Made by a program: the position numbers and the translations under genes. A stretch of 63,437 nt of DNA, the filler included, from Thraustochytrium aureum (taxonomy: Eukaryota), in the NCBI GenBank assembly GCA_012862495.1. It is 5 parts of 4 records of this genome, joined end to end, with 100 filler letters (N's around TTAATTAATTAA, not from the genome) between each part and the next. Parts side by side here need not be neighbours in the genome. Positions count along the whole stretch, not along the records: positions 52,576 to 59,297 come from BLSG01000382.1; positions 59,398 to 63,437 come from BLSG01000391.1; 3 more parts are not named here. One strand, given 5' to 3'. A model generated the notes under the pieces. It saw only the letters and a list, made by a program, of their open reading frames with translations. It was not told the DNA's origin and made no database searches. Shown piece after piece: positions 57,860 to 63,437 of this stretch (its first letter is position 1; each line of letters starts with the position of its first letter).

Positions 57860-59256
57860 AAACGCCTCCTGAGGCTCTTGAGATGCGCGCTGCCCTCGAG
57901 AGGAGGCCGTTGGTGGTTCGCCCCAAGCCGGGTTCTGATTCTCTCCTTGCTGATTTCGTACGCCGTTGGTAGGCCATCTGCATCAACTTGAAACGCCAGT
58001 AGTGCCTCGTTAGCGGGCAAAACGAAAAGGTTGTGTTGGCGCCAGTTGGGCAGGTCGACCAGCGAGCTGGTCACGTCCATGGCCGGAAAGTCGAGCAGTG
58101 CGCCGCGAAACAGCGGGACGCTGCAAAGCTCACTCAAGAGGACGTTGGCCAGGTTTTCGTAGTCGACGAGCACCTGGTTTTCCCACTCGCTCAGCAAGAC
58201 GGCGGGTTGAAGGGCGCGCTGATTTGGTCCAGAGTTGAACGCAAAGAGGTCCGAGACCAGGCGCATTTCGCTCAGAAGCACGTCTTTCAGGGTTCTCTGG
58301 AGGGCGACGAGCTTGTCACGCGAGCAAGATCGCCAGTACTCCGCGTATGCGACGCCGCGAGCACGGCGCAGGATGCGCTGGAGTGTCTGGCCCAGCTCGA
58401 GTTCTTCACCCAGATCCTGAACGTACCGCAAGCGGCCTTCGATCTGATTGAACGTGGTCTTTTCTTTGATTTTCGCGCAGCGGAGCCAACGCGTTGCCCA
58501 ATCCTTGAGCTCGTGCATTGCCAGAGCGAACGGCGACACATGGAAGCTCCGCTGCATGCCAAAGTAATTGGCGACCCCCATTCGGCGGCGCTGTTGCTGT
58601 TGGCCGATCTCCGCCAAGCTCACGGCCTTCACCAGTTCACTGGCGATTAACTCGAGCTTTTCCTTCTGCTGGGGCTGGTCAATAAAATTGGCCGCCCAGC
58701 CCGAATCAAAGTTCTTTTTGAACGCTGCTCAGCCCAGTTGATGTGGGGGAATCTCAGCAGAACGTTGCCCTCGCCTGCCACAGTCCGGAGAAGCTCACGA
58801 AGGGAGGCTTCGCCATCAGAGGAACGCACCTCGTCGCCAGCCGCGCCATCAACGTCGCTGCCTCGTTGGCCGGCGAGGGTGTTGACCAGTATGTGCTCTT
58901 CGCCAGGGCGTCCTCGGCCTCCAGCCTCCTTGGCGAACGCGTTCTTCTTGAAGCACTCCTGGATGCGGCGCATCTGCTCCACCTCGGCCGTCGTCCAGCT
59001 GCGGGGCGTCGCGTTCGCCCTAGCTCGTCCCGGCCACATCGTGGGCATCTTTGACCAACTCACTCGAGCTTGCCGACCGACTGCTGCGAATCGTCGACGA
59101 TTGATGATCTGCTTGTTGGGCGTTTGCCAAGTGCTCATCGGGCTTGGCAACCCCGTCCTTCAGCTTGCCAGCGCCTGGTTTAGCGAGGCGCGCGCCGCAA
59201 TTCGGGCGCACATCGCGTCGTCCGAGATTACATGTACGCACTGAGCAGCCTGCCAA
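57856..59256 (-). CDS. Probable N-terminal helical part of the SET-Sec6 gene, split by frameshifts and truncated at the scaffold end
   Basis: ORFs 57856..58632, 58647..59150 and 59020..59256 abut or overlap in different frames with no intergenic space; the main ORF starts at GTG, not ATG. Confidence 0.55.
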
Positions 59257-59341
59257 TGATGAGCCTGACTGAGGAGAATGCCGTCGTGTGACTGAAGNNN
59301 NNNNNNNNNNNNNNNNNNNNNNNNNNNNNNNNNNNNNNNNN

Positions 59342-59353
59342 TTAATTAATTAA
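59342..59353. other. Artificial scaffold linker TTAATTAATTAA
   Basis: Same N-flanked construct as at 16867. Confidence 0.95.
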
Positions 59354-59744
59354 NNNNNNNNNNNNNNNNNNNNNNNNNNNNNNNNNNNNNNNNNNNNGGA
59401 CAGGCGGGCAGCGGCCAATCGATCGAGGATGGAGGCTGGCTGTCGTCTGTCTGTCTGTCGGTCGGTCGGTCTGTCCGATGCGTGAAGGACGGCGTGAGGA
59501 CGCCCGCGTGAGGCTGCCAGCACGGAGATCGGACGAACCTGCTCGTCGATACTCGTCACGCGAAGCAGCAGAGAAGACCAACATCGGACGGACGATCTTT
59601 CTTTTGGTTTTTGTTAGTTGTTCAAAGTGTTCGTTCGTTCGTTCATTCTTCTGATCTGGTCGATGTGTTTGTGAGCTGGAGTTCAGATCCACTGCTGCTC
59701 GGGCGATGCGCTCGCGCGAGGCTGGCGAGCAGCGCGGATCGGCG

Positions 59745-60551
59745 ATGGCGGAGAATGGCGGCGGGGCCGCAGCGAACGGCTCGCCAGGCGTGAAAGAGCT
59801 GGCCAAGAGGCTGTCGTCCGGGGCGCCGGTGAGCCCCGCCCAGTTCGAAAAGGCGGCCAAGGAAAAAAAACGCACGAATGCCGCGAGCGCAGCGTGGGCC
59901 AGGTCGCCGGGCACTGCGGCGCCGACCTTGCTGGAGGAGCAGCTGCGGCTCGCGCGCGCGAACGAGATCAATGATCGCCAGGCGCGCGAGCGCGCACGAC
60001 AAGAGCGGGGCAGCTTCCGCGGGACTGGGCAGCTCGCACCGCTGGAGCGGGCCGCGCTGCTGCACAGAGACAACGAGATTCGCGCTCGCGAGGCGCAAAA
60101 GCAAGCCGTCGCAGACGCTGCGCAACTCGGGAGAGGCACTGGTTGGACCGATCTGTCTCGCCTGAAACCGTTGCCAACCACTTGCAGCCCACAGAGCCCG
60201 GAACTCGCCACACAGCAGTTTCAGCCCTCTGAGGACGACCAAGACTGCGACAGCAGCGCCGAACGCGCTTCGCTGGCCCTCCAGCGCGATGAGCGCACTC
60301 CACTTGAGCGAGATGTGAAGGTGAAACCTGCAGCACCCGGTGGAAGCTTGGTCACGGGGCAGTCCCAAAACGATGAAGCGCGGTTTGAAAGCCCAGTCAG
60401 GCAACTCGCAACCGTGGTCCGCCGCATGATGCGTTCATTGCGACGTCGGTGGCGCCCTGGCCTCTTCACCCTCGCTGCGCTTGCGTTGGCCTTGGCGGCG
60501 AGACAGTGTGTGCAGCGGCAGAAAAAGCTGACCGCCGCCAATGCCACGTGA
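59745..60551 (+). CDS. Hypothetical protein with charged helical segments and a C-terminal hydrophobic anchor
   Basis: ATG at 59745; GLFTLAALALALAA flanked by basic residues near the C-terminus. Confidence 0.6.
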   Translation: MAENGGGAAANGSPGVKELAKRLSSGAPVSPAQFEKAAKEKKRTNAASAAWARSPGTAAPTLLEEQLRLARANEINDRQARERARQERGSFRGTGQLAPLERAALLHRDNEIRAREAQKQAVADAAQLGRGTGWTDLSRLKPLPTTCSPQSPELATQQFQPSEDDQDCDSSAERASLALQRDERTPLERDVKVKPAAPGGSLVTGQSQNDEARFESPVRQLATVVRRMMRSLRRRWRPGLFTLAALALALAARQCVQRQKKLTAANAT

Positions 60552-60666
60552 GAACCCAATGTAAAGTACGAGCACTGTAGAGTTCGAGAACGCACTGTAA
60601 AGCACAAGCACTGTAGAGTATGAGCATGCATGCACTGTAAAGCACGAGCACTGTAGCGTACGAGCA
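60548..60666. repeat. Imperfect 36-40 bp tandem repeat, about 3 copies (gcactgta subunits), overlapping the stop codon
   Basis: gtgagaacccaatgtaaagtacgagcactgtagagt | tcgagaacgcactgtaaagcacaagcactgtagagt | atgagcatgcatgcactgtaaagcacgagcactgtagcgt. Confidence 0.88.
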
Positions 60667-60889
60667 GGCTACACGACGAGCATTCGACGAGTAGAGCATG
60701 TAAATTGATGAACAGGTCTCCGGGCCGTCAAGGAAAGATAACAACGCGACCGGTTCAGCGCGCTTAAACGCCGCGCCCCGGAGCGCGGAAAAGGAGTTGG
60801 CAATGGGAATCAATTACTATTGTCACGAGCCTTCAATCACAAAAAATCCCACAACCAAACAAAGGCCGGGTTGCTGCTCGATACTGTCC

Positions 60890-63437
60890 TCACATTGAGT
60901 CACGTAAGGTGCCGCTCTTTGCAGCGCCAGTGCGAGGCTGCGGTGCGCGCTGTTGCGCTTCAGTCGCACCAGAGGTTGCCTGCATTTGCTCTTGCCGCTG
61001 CTGCTGCTGCAGGAACTGGTTGTAGAGGTCGAAGTGGGCGAACTGCTGAAACAGAGCCGAGTTGACGATCTGTGGAGAACCAAGCATTTGTTGCTGGTCA
61101 CGCTGGAGCGAGTCATGCTGTTGCTGGTCTTCGTGTGAAGGGGCTTGCTGCTGCTGCTGCTGCTGCTGCTGCTGTGGATGAAGTTGCTGTTGTGCTCGCT
61201 GTTGCTGTTGTTGCTGCAGTTGTTGTTGTCGCTGCTGCTGCCGTTGCTGCTGTTGCTGCTGCTGCTGCTGCTGGTCGTGCTGGTGTTGCTCGTGCTCAAA
61301 CTGGCGCTGTGAAAGCTGCCTGCGCGGCTGCTGGCGCTGCGGGGTGGGGTGGGGCTGTTGGTGCTGCGCAGGGGGCTGATGGTGCAGGTGCTGTTGGCGC
61401 TGGTGCGACGCTTGCTCCATGCCAGGCCAGTAGTTTTCGTGCGGCGGCGCCCCTTCCTGGTACGCTGCTGAGCGGTCGATGTGCTGTCCTTGGTGTTGCG
61501 GATGCTGCTGGTGCACTTTGGTATGGCTGCTGGGGATATGCTCCAGTAGCGGGACCGGCTGCCGGAGCGCCGCGCCGTCTCTGTGAATTGGCCGCAGCAC
61601 TGACACTTTGCAAGGGCGCCTTTGGGGGTTGCTGTCCTCCCTTGCGCCGGCCTTGAGACGAGCCTTTGCCAGCTTTGGCAAGCCGCTTCGAAGCGCCAGG
61701 CTCCGCTGCAGCGCTGCTGCTCGCACGCGACGCCTGCTGCGGCGGGGGCCAGGTAGGTGGTAGTACGAGGTCGTCGTGTCAGGCACAACCGGAGGGTAGA
61801 ACTGCGCTCCTCTGCCATCCACCATGTGGGCCTGGAGACTCAGAAAAGATGGGTGCNNNNNNNNNNNNNNNNNNNNNNNNNNNNNNNNNNNNNNNNNNNN
61901 NNNNNNNNNNNNNNNNNNNNNNNNNNNNNNNNNNNNNNNNNNNNNNNNNNNNNNNNNNNNNNNNNNNNNNNNNNNNNNNNNNNNNNNNNNNNNNNNNNNN
62001 NNNNNNNNNNNNNNNNNNNNNNNNNNNNNNNNNNNNNNNNNNNNNNNNNNNNNNNNNNNNNNNNNNNNNNNNNNNNNNNNNNNNNNNNNNNNNNNNNNNN
62101 NNNNNNNNNNNNNNNNNNNNNNNNNNNNNNNNNNNNNNNNNNNNNNNNNNNNNNNNNNNNNNNNNNNNNNNNNNNNNNNNNNNNNNNNNNNNNNNNNNNN
62201 NNNNNNNNNNNNNNNNGATGCGCCTGCTGTGCGCGAAGGTCGAGGTTGGCGAGCGCCCGCGAGCCAGACTGCGCCGCGACTGCTGCGGCAGCGGCGGCGG
62301 CCCCGACGTTGCGAGCAAAAGCTGGCCCTCGGTGAACTGCCCCTTTGGCTGTTGAGGCCTCGCGAGAGGCAAAGTTGAGCGGGGAGCGAAGGCCGAAATG
62401 CAGAACGGCTTCGTCGTAAGCCTCGGCGGCCTTGCGCTGGTCTGAAAACGTTCCCAGGTACTTTTGCTGTCCTGGTGACAAGTAGATGTACGCGCGCCAG
62501 CACTTTCGCTGGGTGTGCCAGCTGACGCCATGAAACGCGGAAGACTTGCCCGCTGCACGGCCGCGCTTTCCTGCAGGCGTGGCCACGTCGGTCGCCCTGC
62601 TGGCCCCACCACCTTGCGCGGTGGCATTTAAGGGTTTGCCTTGCGCGTCGAGGCCCGAGAGGCCCTGCATCGCAATCTGCGCCTGCACGCTTGCCATTGG
62701 ATTGGGTCCGAGAGATGCAATAAGAGAAGGGTGCAGATTGTGGGCTGGGCCCCACATGGCAAAGGCTGGGCTCGTCGGGCCAGAGAGCAGCGGGCTCGTC
62801 GAGCCGGGCGCAGGCGAAATTGCCGTCGCGGCCGAAATCGTGGACGCCGACGTCGGAGATGCGCGCAAAGAACCTGGCGTCTCAGCAAGGGCGCCGCGCC
62901 CTGCCGCTGACAGCTTGTGGCGCTTGGAGGCGGGCCCGCCCGAGGCGGCGCCCTTGCCGGTTCGGTACTCTGAAAAGTCCTCTCTAGGCGTTCCGTTTAT
63001 GGCCTCGTGCTGCGCTGTGACGAGCTGCAAAACCTGGTTGGAGGTCATTTCGGCCTGCGAACCGTCGCAAAATCGAACAGCGTAGAGATCCTTGGAGGTT
63101 TCGTTGATTGCGACCCACCGCAACCCGCCGCTCTTGGAGATCTGCAAGAGCTCGCGACTGCGCTTTCCAGGGCCCGGTGTCGACCTTGAGACGCTGTGGG
63201 GCGGAACTCTTGCTGTTGGCTGCCACTTTTTCGACCACCATGGCTTTCGCTGCGACGCTCTCGGGCGCAGGCTGTCCCGCCGCAGGGTCGCCTCGCGACT
63301 CTGCAACGGAGCCCTCGGGGTCGCCTTGGGAGCTGCTGGAGCTGTCGCCTTCTCGAGAGCTCGCGAGCCCCGAGTCACCGTCCGTCGGAGTCGCCGCAGC
63401 GTGGTCTTCGGCGGTGGCGGCCTGCTCTTTCTCATTA
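60890..63437 (-). CDS. AP2/ERF-domain transcription factor with a polyglutamine C-terminus; 5' end outside the window; internal gap
   Basis: AP2 at about 62371-62547: SSAFHGVSWH.....WRAYI......KYLGTF.....AAEAYDEA.......PLNF. Q-rich ORF after the gap ends at 60890. Confidence 0.85.
61146..61273 (-). repeat. (CAG/CAA)n polyglutamine-coding repeat
   Basis: Runs of ctg/ttg on the + strand, translating to QQQQ tracts on the - strand. Confidence 0.92.

Overview
GC-rich, gene-dense, intron-poor eukaryotic nuclear DNA from a gapped draft assembly. The organism is probably a stramenopile protist such as a thraustochytrid/labyrinthulomycete; this is inferred from the composition, rare short GT-AG introns, an AP2 transcription factor and an expanded-type TPR gene. 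Four TTAATTAATTAA linkers embedded in N-runs split the window into five probably unrelated scaffolds. Recognisable genes: DUF202 membrane protein, eIF6, TauE/SafE transporter, WRAP53/TCAB1, cystathionine beta-lyase, an RRG7/Mrr-like nuclease fragment, KIF-binding protein, APC11, a GT54-like glycosyltransferase, PEX11, TMEM242-like, MCM7, a CUE protein, a GRAB golgin, mL43, an HSL-family esterase, Elongin C, a METTL21-like methyltransferase, a TPR protein, a SET-Sec6 fusion and an AP2/polyQ transcription factor. Many genes, including the essential MCM7, carry single-base frameshifts that are most likely sequencing errors. The most unusual signals are: (1) an exocyst Sec6-like protein fused in frame to tandem SET domains, possibly with a second Sec6-like module upstream; (2) four genes whose stop-codon regions lie inside unrelated 35-51 bp tandem duplications; (3) a golgin with five clustered TQT (LC8-type) motifs; (4) a cystathionine beta-lyase with a tail anchor; (5) an in-frame TAA in PEX11. 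All family calls come from recalled motifs; no database search was run.
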